This document shows, piece after piece, positions 21,119 to 30,367 of a DNA stretch of 64,000 bases; the stretch's first letter is position 1; each line of letters starts with the position of its first letter. The position numbers and the translations under genes are program-made. Location: the NCBI GenBank assembly GCA_017539265.1, contig JAFYHG010000018.1, forward strand, positions 8,779-72,778, written 5' to 3'. This stretch comes from Alphaproteobacteria bacterium. GTDB taxonomy: Bacteria; Pseudomonadota; Alphaproteobacteria; CAAHEQ01; UBA3637. The notes beneath the pieces are model-generated. The model saw only the letters and a list, made by a program, of their open reading frames with translations. It did not search any database and was not told the DNA's origin.

Positions 21119-21185
21119 ATTATGTTTCTTTCATCAGAATTACTTTCGTTTATAACATACCATTCGATAATTTACAATCCCCCAA

Positions 21186-21214
21186 TTTGACAAAATTTCA
21201 AAATTATGCTATAA
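21186..21214 (+). promoter_or_regulatory. Consensus sigma70 promoter TTGACA-17-TATAAT
   Basis: Both hexamers match the consensus exactly with a 17-bp spacer. A strong RBS (AAGGAGA) follows before ATG 21239. Confidence 0.6.
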
Positions 21215-21238
21215 TGCGCTTGTTAAGGAGAATTAAAC

Positions 21239-22135
21239 ATGCCACAAACGCCGAAAAAAAAGCCCGCTGTTACTCGTTCGACCTATCGCTACACGCGTCA
21301 GGATTGGGAACGTTTAAACCTTGAACTGGCGGCTTTACAGGCGGTTCAAAAGAAAGTAACTCCCGAAATAAATACGACAAAAATTGCTCCCCGTATTGCA
21401 CTCATTACTCATGAAATTCAAGAAAAAGCCAAAACGCGTAAACAAAAAGCCGATGTTGGTATCTACATACAATTGGGTCAAAAAACAGTTCAATTTTTCT
21501 TGGATAATCCGCAGTATATTCCCCTGATGAAGCACGAAATGGCCCGCCGATATCAAGCCCGTTTAAACGGAGAAGATATGCGTTTTGATACTTTAAATAA
21601 TTCGGTTTTAAATGCTCACGCCGAAGAAAATGCCGGCACGATTTACAAAGGTGGTATTTGCGAATGGAATGATAACTATCGTCGGGTACGCAATGATTAT
21701 ATCGAAACAATGGGGCGTGCCTGTCAAGCTGCCGAAATGGCCCTGCGGCGCAGCCAACCCGATCCTGTCCCGACACAAACCCAAGTACTGGTTCAACCGC
21801 GTCCCCAAGCCCAGCCACAACCTGCGCCAACGACACGACCTCCTCATCCGACATTTAACCCCGCCAATTTCCCCAATTATTGGAAGACGTTCCAACGCTC
21901 AAATGAAGAGGAAGTCAATCAACTTCTGGGTAACCGGTGTGATGATAATGTACCCGACATGCCTGAGGCAGAACTCCCAAAAGAAAATCCTCAACCTCCG
22001 AAACCAACCCCCGTGGTACAGGATTTACTCCCCGGTTTTGTTATGCCGCCGGCCGAAATTCCCGAAAAGGCAAAACGGGTCCGTAGATCCACACGAAAAT
22101 TTCGCTTACCCGACTCCGTCAAACAACGGTCATAA
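21239..22135 (+). CDS. Hypothetical Pro/Gln-rich protein
   Basis: It is a 298-aa ORF with a low-complexity PQ-rich C-terminal half and no signal peptide. Confidence 0.5.
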   Translation: MPQTPKKKPAVTRSTYRYTRQDWERLNLELAALQAVQKKVTPEINTTKIAPRIALITHEIQEKAKTRKQKADVGIYIQLGQKTVQFFLDNPQYIPLMKHEMARRYQARLNGEDMRFDTLNNSVLNAHAEENAGTIYKGGICEWNDNYRRVRNDYIETMGRACQAAEMALRRSQPDPVPTQTQVLVQPRPQAQPQPAPTTRPPHPTFNPANFPNYWKTFQRSNEEEVNQLLGNRCDDNVPDMPEAELPKENPQPPKPTPVVQDLLPGFVMPPAEIPEKAKRVRRSTRKFRLPDSVKQRS

Positions 22136-22142
22136 TTTTTTC

Positions 22143-22171
22143 TTGCAATTCGGATATTTTTTCCGTATAGT
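22143..22171 (+). promoter_or_regulatory. Sigma70-like promoter TTGCAA-17-TATAGT
   Basis: It is read directly upstream of the 22200 gene. Confidence 0.4.
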
Positions 22172-22199
22172 ACTCCTATATTTAAAGTAAGGAGTTTTC

Positions 22200-22724
22200 A
22201 TGTTTAAATTATTGTCTTTTTTATCTGCTGTTTTGATGTCGGCCAAAGCCCTTGCCAACCCTGCCTGTGCGGTATGTACGGTGGCTATCGGGGCATCTTT
22301 ATCCATTGCCCGTAAGATGGGCGTAAAAGACGAAGTTGTCGGCGTCTGGACGGGTGCCATGTTGGCGATTTTAGGCTATTGGATTATTCGCTGGTTTGAT
22401 AAAAAAGGATGGCGTTTTTCCCACCGCGACGGTTTATTGATGATTTTATCCCTGGCCTCGGTCGGATTTGTGTATCTGGGGGAACTCAATTATAACCCCA
22501 TCCTGTTCTTGGGCTTTTTATATATTGATTCTTTCCTGTTCGCAACACTTGTCGGGGCTATCGGTTTTATCGGCGGGATGAAATTTTACGAATGGATGAA
22601 GGCCCACAACGGTGGCCACGCACACTTTCCGTTTGAAAAAGTGGTCGTTCCTGTGTTAACCGTTTTTGTTCTAAGCCTACTCTTCCATTACTATCCGACA
22701 TTCGGTTGTATCGGTGGTGTTTAA
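22200..22724 (+). CDS. Hypothetical membrane protein
   Basis: It has a signal/TM N-terminus and about 4 TM helices. Confidence 0.45.
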   Translation: MFKLLSFLSAVLMSAKALANPACAVCTVAIGASLSIARKMGVKDEVVGVWTGAMLAILGYWIIRWFDKKGWRFSHRDGLLMILSLASVGFVYLGELNYNPILFLGFLYIDSFLFATLVGAIGFIGGMKFYEWMKAHNGGHAHFPFEKVVVPVLTVFVLSLLFHYYPTFGCIGGV

Positions 22725-23134
22725 AGATTACTTTGCCCTTTCTTTTCGGCTTTACGCTCTTCCATAATCACCTTAATGGATTTACCCGTTTCTTCGGATT
22801 CGATAATGATTTGACCGATTTCCGTCATTTGGGCATACTCGATGATTTGTTCAAAAGGCTTTCTAAAGGCCGGCACATGCTTCACCACCGTAATACATAC
22901 CTTTACGCAAATCGCAATAAACAAAATCACCCCGATTGTCAGGCCGACACCTTTACCCACGCCGCCCAACACATTCATATAAAATATCCGCCACGGCCGG
23001 TTAAAGTTATTCACATAATCCCCCAACTTCATCCGTTCAAACAAGTACGCCAATTTTTCAATTTGCGTTTGTCTTTCTTCCGGTGTCATTTCTGCAAAAG
23101 TTTTAATTTGTTTTTTATTTCTTCTAAATTTCAT
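22721..23134 (-). CDS. Hypothetical membrane protein
   Basis: It is a 137-aa ORF with a central hydrophobic hairpin. Confidence 0.4.
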   Translation of the reverse strand: MKFRRNKKQIKTFAEMTPEERQTQIEKLAYLFERMKLGDYVNNFNRPWRIFYMNVLGGVGKGVGLTIGVILFIAICVKVCITVVKHVPAFRKPFEQIIEYAQMTEIGQIIIESEETGKSIKVIMEERKAEKKGQSNL

Positions 23135-24267
23135 TTTAAAATCTCCCGATATAGTTGAATGGTTTTGTTACACATACTGTTTGTTGAAAAATTCTCCTGA
23201 ACGGACTTAATACTGTCTACCCCGATTTGGCGTTGTTTTTCTTCCGGCAAAGATAGGGCCTTCTCTAATACATCCGCCAAAGCCTTGGCATCCCCCACCG
23301 GAAATAAGAATCCTGTTTTCCCGTCTTGAATAGTTTCCTGCGCCCCGCCATGACCGCTCGCGACCACAATTTTACCCATGGCCTGTGCTTCCACCACAAC
23401 TCGCCCAAAGGCCTCAGGATCCAACGAAGCATTCACGACCACGGTACTTGCCGCATATAAAAGAGGCATTTCCCCACACGATTTAATAAATTTAACCTCT
23501 ATGTTATCGGGTAATTTTTCCGCCATTTCTTTTAATTTATTCGCATATTCTACACGCCCCTGATCCGACCCGACAATAAGACATTGTATTTCCCGCCCTG
23601 GCATTTGTTTTAGGGCTGCCAATAAAACACCCTGCCCTTTCCAAGACGTTAACCGCCCCACCATCGTAATAACGGGCTTATCTTTTGAAATACCATATTT
23701 ACCCTGAAAATCCTCTAGTTGTTTTTCCGTCACTTGATCAGGGTTAAATTCTTGAATATCTGCCCCACGGTGAATAACCACAATTTTTTCACTCGGCACA
23801 CCATAATTTTTCATGATATGTTCTTTAACAAAATTTGATACGGCAATCACATATTTTCCCGTCGTCATAACACGATTATAGGGCTTTTTTAACAGTTCCG
23901 GTTTTATTCCATAGACCCCATGAAAAGTCGCAATAAAAGGAACCCCCACCTTATGGGCTGCCCACTTTACGGACCACGCCGGCGCCCGCGATCGCACATG
24001 CACCAAATTAATCCCTTTTCCCCGAATAATTTGGACAAGTTTCCGACTGTTTTTCCAAATCACCAATGGATTTTTACTTTGCACCGGCAAGGTTATATGC
24101 TCAACACCCAATTCTTCCAGTTCACGAACCATGGGACCACCGGCCGATACTACATAATTTTTGATTCCCTGCTTTTGAAGTGCAGCCGCCATTTCAATTG
24201 TGCCGCGTTCCACCCCGCCCATTTCCAAAGTCGGTAAGACCTGCAGGACAATCGGATTTTTCACCAT
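23131..24267 (-). CDS. Glycosyltransferase family 4 (GT-B)
   Basis: It has the C-terminal GT4 motif region (..EAFGRVVVEAQAMGK..) and is the typical length. Confidence 0.75.
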   Translation of the reverse strand: MVKNPIVLQVLPTLEMGGVERGTIEMAAALQKQGIKNYVVSAGGPMVRELEELGVEHITLPVQSKNPLVIWKNSRKLVQIIRGKGINLVHVRSRAPAWSVKWAAHKVGVPFIATFHGVYGIKPELLKKPYNRVMTTGKYVIAVSNFVKEHIMKNYGVPSEKIVVIHRGADIQEFNPDQVTEKQLEDFQGKYGISKDKPVITMVGRLTSWKGQGVLLAALKQMPGREIQCLIVGSDQGRVEYANKLKEMAEKLPDNIEVKFIKSCGEMPLLYAASTVVVNASLDPEAFGRVVVEAQAMGKIVVASGHGGAQETIQDGKTGFLFPVGDAKALADVLEKALSLPEEKQRQIGVDSIKSVQENFSTNSMCNKTIQLYREILK

Positions 24268-24277
24268 ATTTTAATCC

Positions 24278-24688
24278 TTATTGATAGAAAAGTTGCCTAT
24301 TCTGGGTCGGCGGTTTACGTTGAACGTAATCGCGGGCCTCCATGCATTCTTCATATTCGTCATAAGACATGGACCAATCTCCCACGGCCGAGTTCACATA
24401 GAGCGGTTGAGCCCCCGGCATTGGCCTGAATTGCGCCCAAATACCGCTGTCAGCTTCGTTATCAAAGCGTAAATCCAAATCGGGTTCCCGTCCCCATTGC
24501 CAAGGCCAACCCGGCCACCGGAACGGCCAATAATCTGCTTGACTTAAGCAATAGTTATGATCCCTGACGAACCAAACACCACCGGTATTAGGGCGTTCCC
24601 AATAAAAGACTTTTTGTCCCCCGCTGTCGCAGGCCGATAAAAAGAGAAGTCCGACACAAAGTGCTATCATTCTAAAAGTGTTTTTCAT
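24278..24688 (-). CDS. Hypothetical lipoprotein
   Basis: It has a lipobox (LLFLSAC). The start is moved to the internal Met. Confidence 0.45.
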   Translation of the reverse strand: MKNTFRMIALCVGLLFLSACDSGGQKVFYWERPNTGGVWFVRDHNYCLSQADYWPFRWPGWPWQWGREPDLDLRFDNEADSGIWAQFRPMPGAQPLYVNSAVGDWSMSYDEYEECMEARDYVQRKPPTQNRQLFYQ

Positions 24689-24698
24689 GTTGCGCTCC

Positions 24699-25379
24699 TT
24701 AAAAATCCAAATTCGCATAATTATCTGTCGGCATTATACCAGCAAATTTATCCCGAAGTAAAGAACTAAATGAAGGTCTTGACTTAATTTTTGCATACCA
24801 CAGTTTTATTTCGGGGTATTTTTCCCAAGAAATCTCACCCAAATAGTCCAAAATTGATAGGTGCGCAGCCACCGCCAAATCTGCCATAGACAGCATTCTG
24901 CCCCCTAAATAGGGCCGTCTGACCGCCACCCATTCCAAATAGGTTAAATAATTTTTAAGATTATCCCGCGCCGCCCGGATTATCAACGAATTTGGCGCAT
25001 CACCCGTTTTCATGGCCTTCACGACCCGTTCCCCGACCAAAGGCTTTAACACATCCATATAAAAAGACGAATCGAACCATCCCACAAGTCTTCTGATTTC
25101 AGCGCGTCCCTTAGCCGTTTCTCCCATCAGGTTAGGCTCCGGCACCAATTCGTTTAAATATTCACAAATAGCGTTGTGTTGTTTTAAAACAGAACCGTCC
25201 GGCTCCACCAAAACAGGCAAATCCCCCACGGGGTTTAAGGCCAATAAACCTTCCCGCCGCACCCATGGGATTTCATGCACCAACCCGAACGGAATTCCTT
25301 TTTCATACAGGCACAATCTCACTTTCCGTGAAAACGGACAAAGCTGAAAATGATAAAGCGTTCTGCGTTCCAATGTCAT
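24699..25379 (-). CDS. Glutathione S-transferase family protein
   Basis: It has an N-terminal thioredoxin-like GST domain (LYHFQLCPFSRKVR) and a C-terminal helical domain. Confidence 0.75.
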   Translation of the reverse strand: MTLERRTLYHFQLCPFSRKVRLCLYEKGIPFGLVHEIPWVRREGLLALNPVGDLPVLVEPDGSVLKQHNAICEYLNELVPEPNLMGETAKGRAEIRRLVGWFDSSFYMDVLKPLVGERVVKAMKTGDAPNSLIIRAARDNLKNYLTYLEWVAVRRPYLGGRMLSMADLAVAAHLSILDYLGEISWEKYPEIKLWYAKIKSRPSFSSLLRDKFAGIMPTDNYANLDF

Positions 25380-26521
25380 TTTTTTCTTTTCTCCGTCATA
25401 TGCGTCAACTCTGTCGCCAACTTATCCGACGGCGATTGTTTCGCCCCCAGCCCCAGTTTTTTCAAACTTTCCTGTGTCATTTGTTTCGGATTTTTCAAAA
25501 GTTCCTTTAGTGTATCCACAATTTTATCCACATTACATTGATCTTGTAACAACTCCGGAACAATTTCCCGATTGGCCAGTATGTTCAACAGATTAACAAA
25601 TCTGATCTTTAAAAGCCTTTTGGCGATAATGGCCGTTAACCGACTGACCTTATAGGCAATTAAATGCGGCACACCCGCCATCGCCAATTCCAAACTCACC
25701 GTTCCCGAAGCCGCCAAGGCCACATTTGCCGCGGCAAAAGCATCATATCGTTCTTTTTCACCTTGAATAATCAAATGCGGCACATCCCAATTTTGTGTTT
25801 TTTGCCGAATGGCCTCAGATACCGTTTGCACGGTCGGAATAACAACAAACAAATTCGGAATTTCTTTTCTCATTTGCTCGGCTGATTCTTGAAACACCGG
25901 CCACAGATATTTGATCTCATTTTTACGACTCCCCGGCAAAACACATAAAATGGTTGCCTTAGGATCGATCCCGTATTTTTTGCGGAATTTCACACCGTTT
26001 CCCTTATCGGCACCGCCTTCAATTACCGGATGCCCGATAAAAGTCGTCTTCATGCCATAGGGTTCAAAATAAGGCGCTTCATTCGGCAGCAAGCAAAATA
26101 AGTGATCCACAAATCCGCCGATTTTTTTTGCCCGCCCTTTTTTCCAAGCCCACACCTGTGGTGCCACACAATGGACATGCGGTTTTTCATATCCGGCCGC
26201 CTGTAATTTTTTATGGATTCGCGCGGCAAAACTATAACTATCGATCGTCATTACGATATCCGGCTTTTTCCGGTCGATATCGGCAATTATTTCATTCATA
26301 TGCTTTAATATTTTCGGAATACTGGGCACAACTTCCATAAATCCCATCACGGCCAAATCCCGAATATCAAACAGGCTTTTAAGGCCCTCTTCCGTCATTG
26401 TTTCACCGCCGACACCGTAAAAAATGACTTGTCCCTTTGTTTGTTTCTTAAGGGCTCTCATCAAACGGGATCCCAATAAATCCCCCGAAGGTTCACCGGC
26501 AATTAAGTAGACCTTTAACAT
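25376..26521 (-). CDS. lpxB: Lipid-A-disaccharide synthase
   Basis: It begins with the LpxB-family N-terminus (IAGEPSGDLLG) and sits in the lipid A cluster. Confidence 0.85.
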   Translation of the reverse strand: MLKVYLIAGEPSGDLLGSRLMRALKKQTKGQVIFYGVGGETMTEEGLKSLFDIRDLAVMGFMEVVPSIPKILKHMNEIIADIDRKKPDIVMTIDSYSFAARIHKKLQAAGYEKPHVHCVAPQVWAWKKGRAKKIGGFVDHLFCLLPNEAPYFEPYGMKTTFIGHPVIEGGADKGNGVKFRKKYGIDPKATILCVLPGSRKNEIKYLWPVFQESAEQMRKEIPNLFVVIPTVQTVSEAIRQKTQNWDVPHLIIQGEKERYDAFAAANVALAASGTVSLELAMAGVPHLIAYKVSRLTAIIAKRLLKIRFVNLLNILANREIVPELLQDQCNVDKIVDTLKELLKNPKQMTQESLKKLGLGAKQSPSDKLATELTHMTEKRKK

Positions 26522-27339
26522 TGAACCCCCACCACAAAAATTCCCAGTTTATCTGCTATTTTGACCATTTCCTCTACATCAACCATCAAGGCGCTCCCTT
26601 GTTCTACGGCAATTCCTTTAAATCCCGCGTCTGCAACGGCCTGAACGGTTCTGGGGCCTACCGTCGGCAAATCTACCCGCCGATCCTGCTGGGGTTTAGA
26701 AACTTTTACCAAAACACCGCCACCGCCTTTGCGCTTTAGCGCGCCCGTCCGTTTAATCAGGGCCGCCGTCCCTTCAATACCTTCCACCGCCAAGACAAGT
26801 CCTTTTTGTACAATCACGGCCTGCCCGACATCAGCCTGCCCCAATAATTTAGCAACCTTCACACCTTGTTGAATATCCAATTCATCCTGCGAATTCGGCT
26901 TTATTTTACCATAAACACCCGTTTTTGCCAACAATTCCGGCATTATGGTATGCACACCCACAATATGGAAGCCTTGCTTTTCCGCTTCCCCCAAAATAAT
27001 TTTTAAAAGGCCGTCATCACCCATCAAGCGAAAACCCACCTTAATCAACATTGAAAGCGTTTTTAAATCCGGCCTGAGTTCTGCAACAGAGGGCCGCCGT
27101 ACATTTCCGATAAAGACAACATCTTTAACACCGGCATTTCTGCATAATTTTATGGCTTTTCCGATTTGCGCCAATCCGATCCAAGCGCCGTCCGCTTTCG
27201 ATAAAATATCGGGATTTGCCTGTCCCTTCAAAGCCAACACAAACACTGACCGTTTTTGTTGCCGTGCCACTTCTATTACAGCCTCCGGCAAGGTCCCTCC
27301 ACCTGCAACGATACCCAATGTGTTTTGTGTTTGTTTCAA
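26515..27339 (-). CDS. lpxI: UDP-2,3-diacylglucosamine hydrolase LpxI (DUF1009)
   Basis: It sits between lpxA and lpxB as in alphaproteobacteria and has a DUF1009-like sequence. Confidence 0.65.
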   Translation of the reverse strand: MKQTQNTLGIVAGGGTLPEAVIEVARQQKRSVFVLALKGQANPDILSKADGAWIGLAQIGKAIKLCRNAGVKDVVFIGNVRRPSVAELRPDLKTLSMLIKVGFRLMGDDGLLKIILGEAEKQGFHIVGVHTIMPELLAKTGVYGKIKPNSQDELDIQQGVKVAKLLGQADVGQAVIVQKGLVLAVEGIEGTAALIKRTGALKRKGGGGVLVKVSKPQQDRRVDLPTVGPRTVQAVADAGFKGIAVEQGSALMVDVEEMVKIADKLGIFVVGVQC

Positions 27340-27342
27340 TTT

Positions 27343-28143
27343 TTACTCCGGTTGCAATATATTGTTTTTAGACGGGTTGCTGACGAACTCAATAACCGAT
27401 TTAACAAAAGAGTTTTGGTTTAATTCTTCGTTTTCTTCCAAATCGGCCAAGCGTTCGGCAAACAAGCGATTATCTTCACGATTAAATAGGATCTTATAGG
27501 CCTTTTGTAAAGCCATAATTTCTTCTTTAGGCACCCCCGCCCGTTGTAATCCGACCAAATTCAACCCCGACAGGGCCGACCGTCCACCTCCCATTACCAA
27601 CCCATAGGGAATCACGTCTCGGGTAATACCGGCCATACCGCCGATCATAGCCCCTTCTCCGATTCGGGTAAACTGCAGCACCGCCGCTAATCCGCCGATA
27701 ATGGCTTTATTTCCGACACGCACATGACCGGCCAACGTGGCATTATTACTCATCACAATATCGTCGCCCAATACACAATCATGCGCAATATGACTCGCTA
27801 CCAAAAACAGGTTCCTGTTACCGATTATGGTAATTTTATGATCCACATCCGACCCCACATGCGCCGTCACATGCTCCCGAAAAGTATTATCGTCTCCGAT
27901 AACCAAAACCGCATCAGGGGCATTACTGCGTTTGTGTTGTGCGAGCAATCCCAAAGTTGCGAACGGATACACCAAATTTCTCTTCCCCAAGGTGGTATAG
28001 CCATCAACCACCACATGCGACATCAATCGGGTCTCATCTCCGATTTTAACATTCGGCCCCACAACACAATAAGGTCCGATAACAACATCATCGCCCAATT
28101 CGGCACTCGGATCAACAATGGCAGAGGGGTGTATATCAATCAT
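27343..28143 (-). CDS. lpxA: UDP-N-acetylglucosamine acyltransferase
   Basis: It has left-handed beta-helix hexapeptide repeats. It starts MIDIHPSAIVDPSAELG. Confidence 0.9.
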   Translation of the reverse strand: MIDIHPSAIVDPSAELGDDVVIGPYCVVGPNVKIGDETRLMSHVVVDGYTTLGKRNLVYPFATLGLLAQHKRSNAPDAVLVIGDDNTFREHVTAHVGSDVDHKITIIGNRNLFLVASHIAHDCVLGDDIVMSNNATLAGHVRVGNKAIIGGLAAVLQFTRIGEGAMIGGMAGITRDVIPYGLVMGGGRSALSGLNLVGLQRAGVPKEEIMALQKAYKILFNREDNRLFAERLADLEENEELNQNSFVKSVIEFVSNPSKNNILQPE

Positions 28144-28156
28144 TTTAAGTATCCTT

Positions 28157-28627
28157 TTATTTTCGTTTTAAAATCATCGCACTAAATATAGCCTGCGACA
28201 CTAATTTACCGTCCACAAAAGCCTCCCCTTTAAATTTAAAGACATTGCGAACGGCCTGTTCCTTCTTGACATGAAGTTCCAACACATCCCCAGGTACGAC
28301 AGGTTTGCGAAATTTTACATCATCTACCGTCATGAAATAGACACCAATACCTTTTTGTTCTTCCGGCGGAAATGAAGATACGACCACCACACCGGCTGTT
28401 TGAGCCATGGCTTCTACCTGTAATACCCCCGGCATAATGGGATTACCCGGAAAGTGCCCTTGAAAAAACGGCTCATCTGCCGTTATATTTTTAACTCCGA
28501 TTCCCGATACCCCCGGTACCACATCTTTCATTTTATCCACAAATAAAAAAGGGGACCGATGCGGTAACATCGTCATAATTTCCTGAACATTCATCACGGG
28601 TATTTTTGCTATTGTTTCTTTTTCCAT
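28157..28627 (-). CDS. fabZ: 3-hydroxyacyl-ACP dehydratase FabZ
   Basis: It has a hot-dog fold with the HFPGNPIMPGVL motif. Confidence 0.9.
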   Translation of the reverse strand: MEKETIAKIPVMNVQEIMTMLPHRSPFLFVDKMKDVVPGVSGIGVKNITADEPFFQGHFPGNPIMPGVLQVEAMAQTAGVVVVSSFPPEEQKGIGVYFMTVDDVKFRKPVVPGDVLELHVKKEQAVRNVFKFKGEAFVDGKLVSQAIFSAMILKRK

Positions 28628-29694
28628 TTATTCCAGACCTCTCTCATCCAAAGTTTCCATGAAAACTTAGGTTTCCCCTCTTTGGTTTGGGTTAATTTTT
28701 TAACAGCCAACACTTGCCGCAGATAATCTTTGTGCGGCACCGCCGGCGACCCCAACAAAACAACACCTGCCGGCACTTCATTCATCACACCGGACTGGGC
28801 CCCAATTTGTGCCCCCGTCCCGATTTTTAAGTGCCCCGCAAAACCGGCCTGTCCGCCGGCCACAACAAAATCTCCGAATTCGCAACTACCCGCAATACCG
28901 ACTTGCGACACCAACACACAGCACCGCCCTAACTTTACATTATGGGCCACCTGAACCAGATTGTCTATCCGTGTTCCACTACCGATAACGGTATCGCCCA
29001 TAGCACCCCGATCTACACAGGTAGAGGAACCTATCTCCACATCATCCCCGATGATAACACGCCCCAACTGTGGCACCTTTTGTGGCCCTTTTTCCGGTGA
29101 CATAGCAAAGCCGAATCCATCCTGTCCGACATGGCATCCCGGATAGAAATAAACTTTATGTCCCGCCTTGCAGTGTGATACGGTTGCATTCGCCCCCACC
29201 GTACACAAGGATCCCATTTGAACCCCTTCTTCAATAACGGCATTCGGGCCAACAAGACATCCGTCCCCCAACTCCGCATTAGGTCCGATATAGGCCCCCG
29301 CTTCCACACGGCATCCGGCCCCTAATTTAGCCGTTTGATCCACATAGGCTTTATCCGAGATCATCGGTTCAAAAGTTCTGGGATAAAAAGCACTGGCCAC
29401 CAATCCATAGGATCGATGAGCATCTTTAGCCACCAGGGCAATACACCCCGCCGGCACATATTCCAAAAACTTTTCCGGTACAATAACAGCCCCCGCTTTT
29501 GTATTTTTCAAATCTTCTCTGGCCTTGGGAATAAAGGCCCACGATACGTCATCTGCGCCTGCTTCCGCAAGACCGGCGACATTCGTGAATACCCTGTTTT
29601 TATCCGTCCCCTCCGGCAGGGCAACTTCACCGATACTTTCAATTTGTGCCAACGTCAAAGATTCGATTTTTTTAAAAAAGCGGGGATCTGCCAT
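28609..29694 (-). CDS. lpxD: UDP-3-O-acylglucosamine N-acyltransferase
   Basis: It has an N-terminal LpxD domain plus hexapeptide repeats. Confidence 0.9.
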   Translation of the reverse strand: MADPRFFKKIESLTLAQIESIGEVALPEGTDKNRVFTNVAGLAEAGADDVSWAFIPKAREDLKNTKAGAVIVPEKFLEYVPAGCIALVAKDAHRSYGLVASAFYPRTFEPMISDKAYVDQTAKLGAGCRVEAGAYIGPNAELGDGCLVGPNAVIEEGVQMGSLCTVGANATVSHCKAGHKVYFYPGCHVGQDGFGFAMSPEKGPQKVPQLGRVIIGDDVEIGSSTCVDRGAMGDTVIGSGTRIDNLVQVAHNVKLGRCCVLVSQVGIAGSCEFGDFVVAGGQAGFAGHLKIGTGAQIGAQSGVMNEVPAGVVLLGSPAVPHKDYLRQVLAVKKLTQTKEGKPKFSWKLWMREVWNKWKKKQ

Positions 29695-29695
29695 A

Positions 29696-30367
29696 TTATT
29701 TTCCTTTCGCCTGTTGCTCGGCTAGCGCTTTGATCTGTTGAGCAATAGTTTCCGGATTAGGATATTCCACCGGTTTAATCTTTTCGTTCAAAGCATTGAT
29801 AAACGCATCCGTCATATCGGTTTTCTTACCGGCAACTTTTTTACCCGGCCACACCGTAACCTCTTTGTTCAAGACAATCTCGGCACCGGCTTTACGGGAT
29901 ACGTCTTCCAATACATCTTCAACATCGGCCTGAACTTTGCTGGCTGCAACTTGTGAAGCCGCTAAGACTTGCTGAATTTGTCCCTGATATTTTTGCTGCA
30001 TAGCCATAGCTTTCTTCTGCAAGGCAACGGCTTTTTTCTTAAAGTCCGTTTCACTCAACTTTCCTTTTTCCGCAGCCAATTCTTTTTCTTCCTGTTCCAA
30101 ATTACCGGCTTCTAAACTGAGTTGAGCTTGAATTTTTTCTTCATAGCCCCGTTGACTGTCAATAATGGATTTGTAAACAAGGGCTTCTTTTTGCACCCGT
30201 TCAAAATCAATAACCATTGTCTTATTCCCGCAACAAGCCCATTTACAAGCCCCAAACGCCAGTAAGGCTGCCACAATGGCCGTCCCACCCATCATTAAAG
30301 CTTTTTTTCCGAAACTGCACCCGCAGCCACATTCTTTTTCGTTTTTCATGTTAAAATCCTTTCCCAA
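29696..30367 (-). CDS. skp: Periplasmic chaperone Skp/OmpH-like
   Basis: It has a coiled-coil-rich OmpH-like sequence and lies between lpxD and bamA. The true start is probably the internal Met (MMGGTAIV...). Confidence 0.65.
   Translation of the reverse strand: MGKDFNMKNEKECGCGCSFGKKALMMGGTAIVAALLAFGACKWACCGNKTMVIDFERVQKEALVYKSIIDSQRGYEEKIQAQLSLEAGNLEQEEKELAAEKGKLSETDFKKKAVALQKKAMAMQQKYQGQIQQVLAASQVAASKVQADVEDVLEDVSRKAGAEIVLNKEVTVWPGKKVAGKKTDMTDAFINALNEKIKPVEYPNPETIAQQIKALAEQQAKGK

Noticed and set aside
30280-30367. An unusual CGCGC/CKWACC cysteine cluster at the N-terminus of the Skp ORF.
   Set aside because: The signal peptide begins at the internal Met (MMGGTAIVAALLAFGA). The Cys-rich stretch is probably untranslated upstream sequence included by the longest-ORF call.
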